The position numbers were made by a program, and so were the translations under genes. A stretch of 64,000 bases of DNA from Eledone cirrhosa (taxonomy: Eukaryota), in assembly GCA_964016885.1 (NCBI GenBank), contig OZ024743.1, positions 151,342,001-151,406,000 of the forward strand, in the 5' to 3' direction. Positions 37,213-49,509 of the stretch are shown here, piece by piece. The notes under the pieces are model-generated. The model was not told the DNA's origin and did not search any database. It saw only the letters and a program-made list of their open reading frames with translations. Numbering within the stretch: the first letter of the stretch is position 1; the number at the start of each line of letters is the position of its first letter.

Positions 37213-38415
37213 ATTTAGCCCTGTTTGAACAGACTTGAACAATGGCATTTCAGCCACAACCCTTCGCCTTTTCACGTTTGTTTACATAAAGTTACATTAT
37301 TTGATATAACTATTTAAAGTCAGGGTGGGGTGGGGTAGTAGAGTGTAATGAAGGAGAGTGGTAATTAGGGAATAGTGAGTAGGTGGATGGGTCAGTGATG
37401 AATAATTATGGTAGTGTTGATGTGAGTGGGATCAGATGAGTGCCTAAGTAAATGATACTAAAGTTATTCTTGTTTAGCTCTAAGTCAGCAATGATTGAAT
37501 AAACCTATAATAAAAAATGTGTTCTAAGACAACATTATCCAATGTATCCTGCCACTTTTAAGATGGTAGAGTGTAATTTATGAGAAATTTGGGTGTCATT
37601 TCTAGATGATAATGTATAGGATTCTTCATTGTCATGTTTAACACCACATCATCCAAAGCTAAACAGGCATACGATTGCAAGGTGTTATAAATGAAAGCAT
37701 CCTATCTTATATTCAGACATAGGGAGTTTGATATTATCCAATATATCCAGTGTTTTGAAGATCTGGCTGCTGTCTCTAGCATATTGAGTGGCTACATATT
37801 GGGTCTCTGGTTGGCTAATGATGTGGATAGAGAGAAAGATAGACAGAAGGATAAAGAAAGTGAATATACATTTAATGCATGTGCTAACTCAGAAAATTTC
37901 TTTTATTGTGGCAATTAGATTTCTGCATATATTTTGCACAGTCAAAAGTTTTATGGATTTACAGATTGTGAATATAACAACAAAACAACTAAATCAATAA
38001 AATACATCAAAAATGGTTTTTGTTTTCCTAAAAGTAATTTGGTATGTAGATTTTTATCTCTCTCAAAATGATTTTGATGTTTTAAAATTTTATTTGAAAA
38101 CTTTTTGGAATATAACAAATCAAATCTATAAATCAAACCACAAACACTAGAATGAAGTAATTTGACCTTTATATTGTGAAATGCTTTGACTTTTATATCT
38201 ATCAACTGTGGCTTGCTGTTCTGTAACTGATTATATAAGTCTTTTGTTGATTAATTTTACACTCAATATGGATTTACTTTAATGAAATAATATATATATA
38301 TATTATATTATATAAAATATATAATTATTCAGTGAATGCAGTTGTATTATGCCTAAATCAAAAATCATTATATAGAATGTTCAATAAACTTTGTTCTGAA
38401 ATATATTTTTCTAAC

Positions 38416-38623
38416 TTAACCCTTTAGCATTTAAACTGGCTGTAAACAGGCCAGAATTCTCTCACCTCTTTCTGTTCAAACTGATGTTTAAGTATTGTTC
38501 TCAAAATAAATAATATCAAAATCTTGTAGATTCGATATTATGTGAGGTAATTGTGTAAGATAAAGCCTTTACCATGAAAATACAATTGTAAATATAGAGT
38601 AATGTAAATGCTAAAAGTGTTAA
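38416..38623. mobile_element. piggyBac-like MITE, family A
   Basis: ttaaccctttagcattta ... taaatgctaaaagtgttaa. Confidence 0.8.
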
Positions 38624-39614
38624 GTTGAAATATGTATTTCCCTTTATGGTGTCCACATCCATACTTAAATAATTCAAATTGCAACAAACATCCTCCAGCC
38701 ATTATCGTCATTGTCACCACTATCATCATTTTTATGTTTGTTTTGTCATTCTGGCAGGAGTTGGACAAGACTTTTTTTTAGGCAGAATTCCATGATTGGA
38801 TGCATTTCCTAATGCAAATATTTGCTGATCTGCAAGTATGGTACTCATTCCACTGCTCTTCGATATGCTGAAGTATTAAACTGTGGGATATTGTTTCTGG
38901 AAAACAAACAGCAGATTTGGCTACTATTTCTAGTAGGCTGAGTAATTACATACAGGCTCTCTTGGAATTAATTTGATCACCTACTTAGGCTTCTTAGATT
39001 GATCAGATGTGAAATTCATTTGCTTCCAAATATTTTCAGTGCACAACTGGTGAAGCTTTGAACAGTTTGTTCATTTGGTGTACCAGATGGTTTGGAAAAC
39101 AAGGGTGACTGTACAGTTAAGAAAATCTGAGATGGGTTGCCTTGACTAGGCAATGAATAGACAATCTAAAGAGGGTTAGAGTTAAGGTTGAAGTTGAGAA
39201 GAGATCAAGAGTGGTCAGAATTGTGATGTGTTAGTCAAGAATATTTGTAGATAAATATACTAACTAGTGCAAGCTGTTTCAGATGGGAAGTATTGGACAT
39301 TGAAGTCAGTAAGGATATATCAGTAATCTTCTACACTACAGACTACACTCTCTTCTCACTGAAATGTGCTATCATAAAATAAAACAAAACAAATTATCCA
39401 CAAGCTTTTTGTAAAGCAGGATGTTAATATACACTGTAACAGAACCCAACAAAATCTCATAATGAAACTGATTGTTAGCTGCGTAATAAAAAAAAAGGAC
39501 TCCTAATGACTAAAGTTAAGACATTATAACATTATGTGATACGATGGTTAAAGGCATTAATTAAGGATGTGGTATTGATTCCAAAAATTTATATCTAACA
39601 CAGCAATTTGCCCT

Positions 39615-40430
39615 GCCCAACTTATCCAGCAATGGGACCCACTTGACCCGTACTTCTTTGCCCAGGCAATCAACGACATTGAGGGACGAGGGGACCAACC
39701 GGGCAATGTTTGATACCTGAACGAAACAACCCTGGGTGGCTCGGCTAAGATGGTAGTTGAGGATCTTCAGCAAATCATCCCAGCTCTAAAGCTCCTCGGA
39801 CTTGAGATCAACCCATCCAAGTTAGATGTGACAAACGTTACCTACACAGAGGCTGAATTCCACAACACAGTACTCAGCACTCATCTCCTCCTGTCCGGGG
39901 CTTAGTTAACGCCCAAAGACGCTGCATTCTGACACTGTGCAGAAATCTGCAATGTCAGTTTCGACAACGCCAGCTGGCAACAGGCAAAACTCCCAGCGAG
40001 GTTCAGTGGCCTCAGCCTCTGATCCACTTTGGATCTGGCTCTACTGGCCTATCTTTCCTCAATCTACTCCAGTTGCGCTCTTGTCAGCAAGGTCCTCAGC
40101 AAGACATGATCCCAGAGCTCGAGCAGGCTCCGGCCAGCTGGATAAGTGAAGGCCTCTCTGTTCCGCAGTATACAAATGTCCAACGGAACTGGGACAACAT
40201 CAAATGCAGGTCTTCCTTCAGGCGGATTGAGTCCAGCTTGGACCAACACTGCTTTGCTTGCCTCCGCTCTGCTTCAAAGCCAAGCAGCGGCATGTGGCTC
40301 AATTTGATGCCCTCCTTGATGACGAGTGCACTCGCACTGGAGTGGCCCAATGCCTCTGCTTCCGCATGTGTGAGCCACATAAATGTTGTTGACAAGTTCA
40401 GCCTGCCGCTCTCAATGACTTATTGAGTGG
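39615..40430 (+). pseudogene. CRE-like (RLE-type) non-LTR retrotransposon RT remnant
   Basis: GC-rich island reading IQQWDPLDPYFFAQAI, NV*YLNETTLGG, LLGLEINPSK, WQQAKLPARFSGL and SGMWLN; these resemble CRE motifs QQGDPLGPLLF, WYLDDGTLGG, WxQAxLPxRxGGLG and SGAWL. Confidence 0.75.
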
Positions 40431-41261
40431 AAATGCTTTTGCTGTTTTGTTCGCAGGCCACAGCCATAACACTGTTACGCCCTATGCCCAGAGCCCAACA
40501 CCTCCATCCTAACCATTCTTCTGTGACCTTAGAGCCCTTACCTTTTCCTTCCTTTTCTGTTTTTAAACATTAATTAAGTTCATATCAAAATGACAGTTTT
40601 CTAACGTGAGTTATTACAAGAGTAAGATGTACTGATCAGTCTTATTTAATTCATATTTTTTGTTTTTATCTAGACAGTGAGCTATATATAATCAAATTAC
40701 CTCCCTCTAGTTGTGACAACAACTGAGTTGTGATTCCCAACAAAGGTCATTTTATTTCATTACAAGGCTAATTTCTATTTAGAAAAGTATGAACATCACA
40801 TTTCCTATTATATAATCCTTTGTGCCATTTACTGAAACTAACACTTCTGGTTTGTGTTATGGTGAGATCATCATTTTCTTGATAACTTAACCTTCTGGCC
40901 GCTCTAGGCGCATTCTGTTGTCAATAGAGTAATCTCCCCTAATACATAATGCACGGTTTATCAATGTGATTTAATGATCTGTTTAATGAAAACTTCACGT
41001 AAAGTATCTTAGAAAAAGAAGTCAGAGATACTGCAATGGTAATGGTAACAGAGTCTTTTAACAGAAGTATTGAAGATCATCTGAATGACTAAAATGGTGT
41101 ATCAAAAGATGTTGCCTTGAAAAATGATTTTATCAACTATTGTATACACCAGATACTCCAAAAGTAAGACTATCTTTAATATTGTGGGACACATTGTAGT
41201 TCAGTGAACCAGTCAACCATTTAAGTAGCTATGAGTGACAGATTGACTATAATTTTACAAA

Positions 41262-41420
41262 TAATAATAATAATATTGGTTTCTGATTTAAGCACAAGGC
41301 CAGCTATTTTGAGGGAGGGGAAAGTCGATAAAATCAACTCCAGTGCATTACAGGTGCTTTATTTTATCGACCTCCGTAAGGATGAAAGGCAAAGCAAACC
41401 TCGGCAGGTTTCGTACTTAA
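41262..41420 (-). mobile_element. CORE-type SINE fragment
   Basis: gcacaaggccagc...ttttatcgacctccgtaaggatgaaaggcaaagc is the rc of the CORE-like consensus seen at 37110. Confidence 0.75.
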
Positions 41421-42314
41421 AACATAAAGGGATATAACTATGTCGTGAGGTGATAATATTGTTAAGCTGTCCCTCTCTCAACATAGATAATAATAGATGA
41501 ACTCCAGCTGAAAACAAGGCAGGTTAGAGAAAGACTGCAACTAAAGATAATGTGGAAATAGAAATTAGTTTTGATAAGTAGTTATTTTCAAACACTACTT
41601 GCAGATACTTAGCTGGATAGACAGAACAGTTGAATCTCCATAATTTGCAGCAAGCCAAAGACTGTTTTTGTAGCTGGAACATGGTCTCAACAAGACAGTT
41701 GGCAATATGGTGGCAGCATAGTCAAGTCGATAAGGCCTGGAGAGATATATGACTAACATGAAAGATGTCATTGTTATTTAGCCCCAAGCCAACCTTGATC
41801 AAGCAGACCTTATGATTTCAGTCATGACTATCCTGTCTTTTTATCTTTCTAGAACTACATCATCTAATATAATTTTTTTTAAAGACAGTAAGATCTGATT
41901 TGAGGATTATTTTCTATTGCTTCTATCAAGCTGAATGACCATCCACCTCAGTTTGGGGATGGAAGATCTGGTGAACAGATAATGGACACTTGAAGTCTTG
42001 GCATGAAATTAGAAATTAGATTTACTTAGCTGAGACTGAAGCACAAAGTATTAGTTTGCCAATGTTCTGTGCTGAAGCATGAAATATTTTAAGTTGTGAG
42101 CCAATATGTCCAGATGAATTAGGACATCTTTGGGGAATTAGAGAGAATTGTGTTAAAATGGCATAAATTACAATTGTTCTCAGTGTTAAAGTAAATGAAT
42201 AAGTATAAACATGTGAAAACAAGAAGTTGTTGAATAATGAATATAACAACGAAAGCCTATTGCCAACAGGCTGAACAGAAAATGTTAATACTAGAAATCA
42301 TTGTGAAAATGGTT

Positions 42315-43600
42315 AGTAAATCAATTAAGGATTTGAAAACGGAGAAAGATGCATGACCTGCAGGGATAATTACGGAGATGCTGAAACCATCAAAATGAAC
42401 TAGTGTTACACTAATAGCTTATTTAAATAATTAGGGTGTACAGTAAGGTGTTATGTTCAACGACTGATATAGCAGTATCATCATCACCAGCAGCATTAAG
42501 AGAAACTAGAGAATGAAATTTACATGGATCTAAGAAGGTTGGCACAAGATATAGTTAGGTGGGATAGTGAGTTTGTAACAAGATTTAAAACTACCGATAA
42601 TACATTTCATGAAATAACTGCAAGGGAGTTTCATTTATAGGAAACAATTTTACGTATCATGTAGAGCAATGTTTAAAAACAAAAACAAAATTATATAGAA
42701 ATAAATTCTCACTCTAGAACAATTATCATCATCATCATCATTGATTGTCTTATCAAAATGGGGGATAAATTGCCATTACATATAGGCATGGGTTTGTGAA
42801 TTAATAAAAAAAATAAAAATAAAAAAAACAGTGTAAAGGCTCCATGGCAAAATATGTTTGGGAGCCACTGATCTAGAGAATATCTTTGACTGAGCTGTGC
42901 ATTTTATAGTGAGGTGTGTAAATTGACCCCCCCCCCCCCCCCAAAAAAAAAAAAATTCAAGATCAATTAAAGTAATATATCACAGTGCTATAATGACAGT
43001 CAAGACTTGCAGTAAATTCAAACGAATTTAGGAAATATACCCATAACCTCTTAAGACTTTCATTTTCAATGAAATGAACACACAAGTGTTCAGGACTAAA
43101 ATTGCTCAATCCTGATTGTAAAACAACACAAAGAAGTTGAGGCTAAAAAAAGTGTATTGAAGTCAAAACTTCTACATTTCAGTGTTATATAGAGTGTAGT
43201 ACTAGTCTAAAGGCAGCAGCACAGATCTCAAGTACCATCTGAGAAGTAGCCCTGCTTGAAATGTAGGAAATGGGTATTGGAAGTCAATAATTGACGACAT
43301 AAAAAGATGCAGTTTAACAAAATTTTAGCTACATTAGTTGAACTCTAATAGCTAGCAACATGTTGAGACATGAAATGGACATTTCAAATGGCTCGAAAAA
43401 AGACAAAGTCTGCAACCTAAATGGTATAGTTTGTATTGCAGATCTAATTAAAGTGCAGTGGTTAGGAGATGGTTATAGAGTTCAAGTTATTTGGATGATT
43501 AGTACTTTTGGACACACAGCTTTTCTCTTCATTCCAAAGCCAGACTGACTGAAGTTGGTGTCAGATGTGCATTGCAGTGCAAGATGGATGAAGGAAGGTT
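42315..43600 (+). mobile_element. Very old RTE LINE remnant
   Basis: KSIKDLKTEKDA*PAGIITEMLK at 42318-42388 and DLENIFD at 42870-42890; later patches are weak. Confidence 0.5.
42667..42870. mobile_element. hAT-Charlie-type MITE
   Basis: Ends caatgttt and gtttgggagccactg; 8-bp flanks atgtagag / atctagag match the NTCTAGAN target consensus. Confidence 0.6.
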
Positions 43601-43827
43601 TGCATTGACTGAAGAGGAATTAGCTAACAATTATCCATAATTAGAAGCTCAATATTAATTTAAGACAAAGCTTAATCCCAACTAAATTGAGAATGCAGAT
43701 GCGTGCAAAAATGAAACTTGACTTGCATAGTACTGATGGCTATAGCAGACAAGTAGTGTGACAGTATAATACTTAATTGATGGAAAACATTGTCTTGAAT
43801 TGATGGTGTGGTGAATTCATTAGAGGT

Positions 43828-43995
43828 GGTGGATCAGGTTCTGTAGTTAAGGAATTTATTTCACAAGCACATGTTTCTGGGTTCAATTCTACTGCATGGG
43901 CAGCTTGGACAAACATCTGCCATAGCCTAATGTTGACCAATAACTTGCAAGTGGAATTTGATAGACAGAAATGGGATAGAAGACTAGTCTGTGTG
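43828..43995 (+). mobile_element. Old tRNA-derived SINE (Octopus OK-like)
   Basis: B-box gggttcaattc followed by ttggacaaacatct...gaccaataacttgcaagtggaatttgatagacagaaa; rc relic at about 56170-56245; family name is from recall. Confidence 0.55.
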
Positions 43996-46183
43996 TAGAT
44001 GATTGGCCAATATATATTCCATCAGTGGTAATGAATAGAAAACCAGTCTTCTATTTGTTTTATCTTCAGCTAGACATTTCCTTGCAACTTTCACTATCAG
44101 AATCACAATGAACCAGTAACTGTTTCATTGGCAACATAACCAACAATGCTATTGTTTAAAAATATATTAATACGTAAAAGATGAGGTAGGAAATCATGTG
44201 ATCAGAGGAGATGGCAAGAACTGAGATGCAGATATATCATTTAATCCTTTTAGTATGAAAAAAAAAAGAAATATGCTAAAATGTAAATGAAATATTTGCT
44301 TCAAAAACAAAATCATCAAACAATATGTATACTGTTTATTTTATTTCTTTAACAATTTAGAGGGAAATGAGCTCCAAGAGATAATTGAATGTGTATTTAG
44401 TGCATTATGTTCTTTGTATATCACACTTTTCACATTAAAAAAAAATTAATTTCTTGTTAATACTGCACATGTCTAATAAAGAAAATTGATGTTTTAGTTT
44501 ATGAACCACTAAAAGCTTGGATTTAGGAACAAGAGATTATAATTTAAGAAGAGAGATAGTTGTTAAGAGATAAAATGATAAATCTTAAAGAATTATTAAC
44601 AACAGAATGTGTAATTTGCTACTTAATTTTTCTAAAGACAAAAAATATATAGTTAACACAATTGAAGCCTTGATTAAGTATCCAGAAAATCTTATCTAAG
44701 AGAATTTTACAAAATTATCTCAACTTGAATGAGTTGGATTGTTTAAACAGGAAACTGCCACAAGGAAAGTGATTAATAACTAAATGACATTTAAGAAACG
44801 CAAATGCAATGCAAATAGTATTTTTCTGAATTGCTTTAAAGAAATCCAGTAGAATTCTTGACAGTTTCAAGAAATGAAAAACAAAATTTTTATTTACAAA
44901 CAAATGTTATAGCTTATTAATGTATACTAATAGTATATATTCTATACAATAAGTGTATTTTTGCTGTGCCAGATAGATTCATACATCATCTAAGGATTTT
45001 GTTTGCTTCATCTCGTGTTGCTTAATTACACATCATTTAATATGGCAATTATTTGAATGAATGTTTTAATAGTGCTGTCATAAACTCTTTAGAAACTCTA
45101 AACAAATTCTTTTAAGTACAATGTTTTAAAATATTAATTTAGTTTATATTTCACATTTAAAGCAGATTTTAATAATTCAGATATTCAAATAAACAACTTA
45201 TTTTTATTGACTCATTTTTTAAATTACATATCTTCTAATAAATGTTTATTTCTATTCTTATATATTCCTCCTGATTTTCTTTTTGGTTTCAGTATTTTAC
45301 ATTGATTACTTTGCCTTGTGGAATTTCCTCTTTTTTTTTAGTTTTCTTTCAGTTTCAGATTGTTAAGCATTTTAAAAAATAAATAAGTTTTATCTATTCC
45401 CTTTCCATTGCTTTTATTAACGATGCCACAGTTTGTTCAAATTCAAAAAAGGGTTATTTTTGCTCATGTATTGATATGTATTGATATCTGATAAAACAAA
45501 ATGTTACTGACAGACAAATTATATTTGTTATATGTTAATACACGAGACTAAATACAGCTCATTACATACTCTAGATGTCATGATGCTAAATCAAATTTAT
45601 TACATAGACTAGTGATCAAGTCATCTTTTTATATGATTGTCAGGAATCAATAAAATAAATGGGAGCCAATTCAGTATTTGAAATACAATTTCTTCATTTT
45701 TGATTGATTAATTCAAAAATAATTTTAATCATCATCATTTAACATCCATGTTTCCTTCTAGCAACGATTGGATGGAAAAGAATTGTCTACAACACCCTCA
45801 CTTATTGTTAGATTTTAACCTGAACTAACAACATTCACCATAAATTGGCTCATCTGTATTCTTGTGATTAAGTTTGCCATCTCTATTCTGACCTTAGTAT
45901 TATACCCATCCAACTCTCCATTTATTCAGTCCTTCCACTAGTTTGATCTACTACTATTCTGATCAACTATTTTATAAAACCTGTCATTTAACTAGAAGTC
46001 TTATAAGGTCAACTTATTGCAATGGTAAAATGTATTGCTGCAATCATAAATCACCAGTTAGATTTATTGCCTCAGTTACAAACATATATTCTTCACGTCA
46101 AGTTAAACTACTTGTCAACTTTACAATTCTACCACCCTTTGAAATGATAATTTGTTCTATGCTTGCTGATATTTATATTCATA

Positions 46184-46498
46184 TACTCTCGAATAATAAT
46201 TATTAATAATAGCCTATTTATTTTTTAGATTCAACCCTTATTAAATTTTGTTGTCCTATCTTCAGTGAAATTTTATTTCATTCCAGCAATAATTTTCTTT
46301 AGACATTAAAAAACATTATACATGACAAAAAAAGGAATATTACAAGAAATCCCATACATTATAAAATAAATAGGATGGGTTAGAGTCTCAATATGTGAAC
46401 TAAATGACTAATTCTGGGTTTTAAAACAATCAAGGGAGACAACCTACAAAAATTACCGATTTTTTAACCACTCCCCCATTATTTGGGACCCGAGAGTA
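46184..46498. mobile_element. Tc1/mariner-pogo-type MITE (TA-flanked)
   Basis: tactctcg ... cgagagta termini; homologous to 35445-35759. Confidence 0.7.
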
Positions 46499-48964
46499 GG
46501 AAGCCATATTTTTTATATATAGAAAGGTGAATTTTCTCCCACATTTACATACTATATTTTGATATACCTTTTTATTTAGAATAAAAAAAACCTAAGCAAC
46601 TTATAATTATGTTGTGCAGTGCTGAAGAAAACACATACTCTGGAGGCAAATGGAATCATTTATTAAAAAATACACATATATATAAATTTTAAGGTTCTTA
46701 AAAAATAAAAATATAAAATTAAAATTAAAAACAAAAATATAAGAATTAAATCTAATCCCTTCATTCTTGAATTGTTTTCTGCTAGAAAAACATTAGAATT
46801 TAAAATAAGATCTTTTTTCAAAGGATTTCTTACCAATAACAGCTGATCATCTGAATGTTCAATTGAAATTATATGCCCCAGAACATCTCTTCAATATAAA
46901 GCTTTGAAAATCGATTTTGTGGCCATTTTCTTTATAATTAGCAAATGGATGGATGATTGTTGTATAAAACCAAATGCCATAAATCAAGAAGATCATTCTT
47001 GAAAGATTCAACTTGCACATCTCTCATAATGGAAGAGTTTTGCTGCAGTCGCACATAAATACATAATCATTGTGAATATATGAATTGATAAATGAGTCAC
47101 ACTGGCCTCAGATACAGTTAGAAACAAAAACAAAAATAACATATTCACTGCTGATCAGAAAGAAATTCCTATCAACCCTTCTGATTTCTAAAATTGGTTA
47201 TTATAATTCGCCTCTCCCCTCCTCTAAATGTTTCTTGACGTCAGCTCAAAACCATCAACTTGCAGAATCAAATTTAGCTTATACCACATTGATATGTATT
47301 TACTGTTTTCTAAGACTTTAAAAAAAAACATCATAGAAAATTAAACATGCATCTATAAAAGATATTTTAGGATTATGATACTTAAACAAGAAAATTTGCA
47401 ATGAGCTAATTTTAAGAGTTATTCAAAGTCAGCAAGAAATTTAAATGATTTTCTTTTTAGCATATATGACACCATATGAGAAAACAACAGCTGTAGGATA
47501 TTGCAGAGTTAAAAATAACATTTAACATTTTAATGTCATATACTGCTGAGAGAGAATAGAATTATAGTTTTTACCATACCCAAAAGATTAATAGAAGTTA
47601 GGGCTAGGAAGGAAAGAAGAACATTATAGGCTCATCTAAACAAACAATCAAATAAATAATCATAAAAAATAGATGCACAAATAAAAAAGAAACATTTGGG
47701 GAATTAGATAGTGAATAAAGAGGAATAGGAATATCATCAGCATAATATAAGAAATAAATGAAAAGATGCTGTAGTCTATCTCCCTTAAGGTGAATCAGTA
47801 GTGACATATTTTTATGGGAGTCTATATAGTTTGTTTATGTGGTCAATGTTCATAAAGTTCTTGTCATCTGTGCATAATTCAAGTGTTATCCTTTACCATG
47901 ATAAAACACAGCTTGAAACCATTTTATTCATATCAAGGTTTATCTCCTAAAAAAGGGTGTTTAGAATACGCCTATCTATATGAATGAATATGAGTGAGTG
48001 TGGAGGGTGCACGTGTGTGTATGTATATATATGTCTATGTATATGTGTATATACACACACAGACATTTGTGTTTGGATATATGAGAGAAATGAATGTGTA
48101 TATAGATATATACACAAAGATAGGTAAAGAAATAGTGATTTAAAGAGACAGAAAATTGAGGGATGGATGGATATTTATAGCAGAAAGAGAGAAAAAGAGA
48201 GGGAGAAGTAGAAATAAAAAAGAACATGGAGAATTATGAAGTCTGCTGTGCCAAATAATCAAAATTATATCAGGTAACTATGTAATGAATAAGCAAAGTG
48301 TGAAAATGTATAAGACTTGAACCCATTTGAATATTATTCTTTCTCCAAAGTTGACCTAGTTCCCATGTAAAAATGGTATAGCCATTCTAGGATATAATCC
48401 AAGTTAAACGGATAAATCATTAAGACAATTAGGTTCAAAACAATTAATGCAATTGTTATTAACATTTATAAGTTAGGGAATATGTTTTCCAGCCACACCT
48501 TTGTTTTTGCTCCATGAAAGAAAATTAAAAATGTGGTGGTGATGATGAATATTGTTGAGAGCCAGATCAGATCTGATCAATGTGTTCTAGTAATGACGAG
48601 CCAGTTTCTATGCCCACATTATCCAATGTGCCATTCTCGTTATTAGAGAGAGCCGGTAGCTAATTGGTAACTATTTTAGCAATTGGAACATGCATGAAAA
48701 GACTCTCTAGTTGATAGGAGAAAAAGAAATTAGCTTAACACAATAGTAATAGAAAACAAAATTATATGCATTGTCAGCATGAACCTCCAAAGTATAATAA
48801 AATCATAATTATCTTATAATTATAAATAATAGATAAAATAATTGATATTTATTTTCTGTACTTATTTTAATATAATCACAGTGCTACCCAGAAAAGAATA
48901 ATTTCAATATATATATATATGTGGCGCATGTCTCTTGGACATGACACCCTTAATTTAATTTTGG

Positions 48965-48995
<31 letters not shown>

Positions 48996-49509
48996 TCTCA
49001 GGGAAAATGGGAAAACTCAGCGTATGAAGCTGTTAGAACAGCAAAATACCATTGAAGCGACGTTGGGTAATATTTTACCTCGAAGGACAAAGATCAGCGG
49101 CTAGATGGGAGTTATAATCTCATAACCACACAACCATACCTATACAAACACATATATGCATGCAGCATGAAGGCGACACAGCCCTCCAATCTCTTTCTTG
49201 AAGAGCAGTAAATCTGAATAAGAACTGATTTGGACTGCAATAACATACCCAACCCATGACACCATGAAAAGCAGACAAAAAAAGGAAGAGAATAGTGCTG
49301 ACAAAGATATATATTATTATGAATAATTTCTCAACACAATTCCTTGGTACGTAAGGTTTCATAATCTACTCTAGCATAGGTCATAAAGCTGCTATATACA
49401 TGCTAGCATATAGCATGTATATAGCATCTCTATAGCTTTGAAACCTTAGGTGGAAAGCAACCTATGTTGAGAAATTATTTATAATAATATATTTTGGTTC
49501 TGTACTTAA

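Noticed and set aside
39150-39320. Possible CR1 endonuclease relic (ILTDFNVQ...TLDLF on minus strand)
   Set aside because: Only two short, weak motif patches
46834-47043. Minus-strand AG...GTAAG bounded segment
   Set aside because: Stops in all frames; no homology recognised
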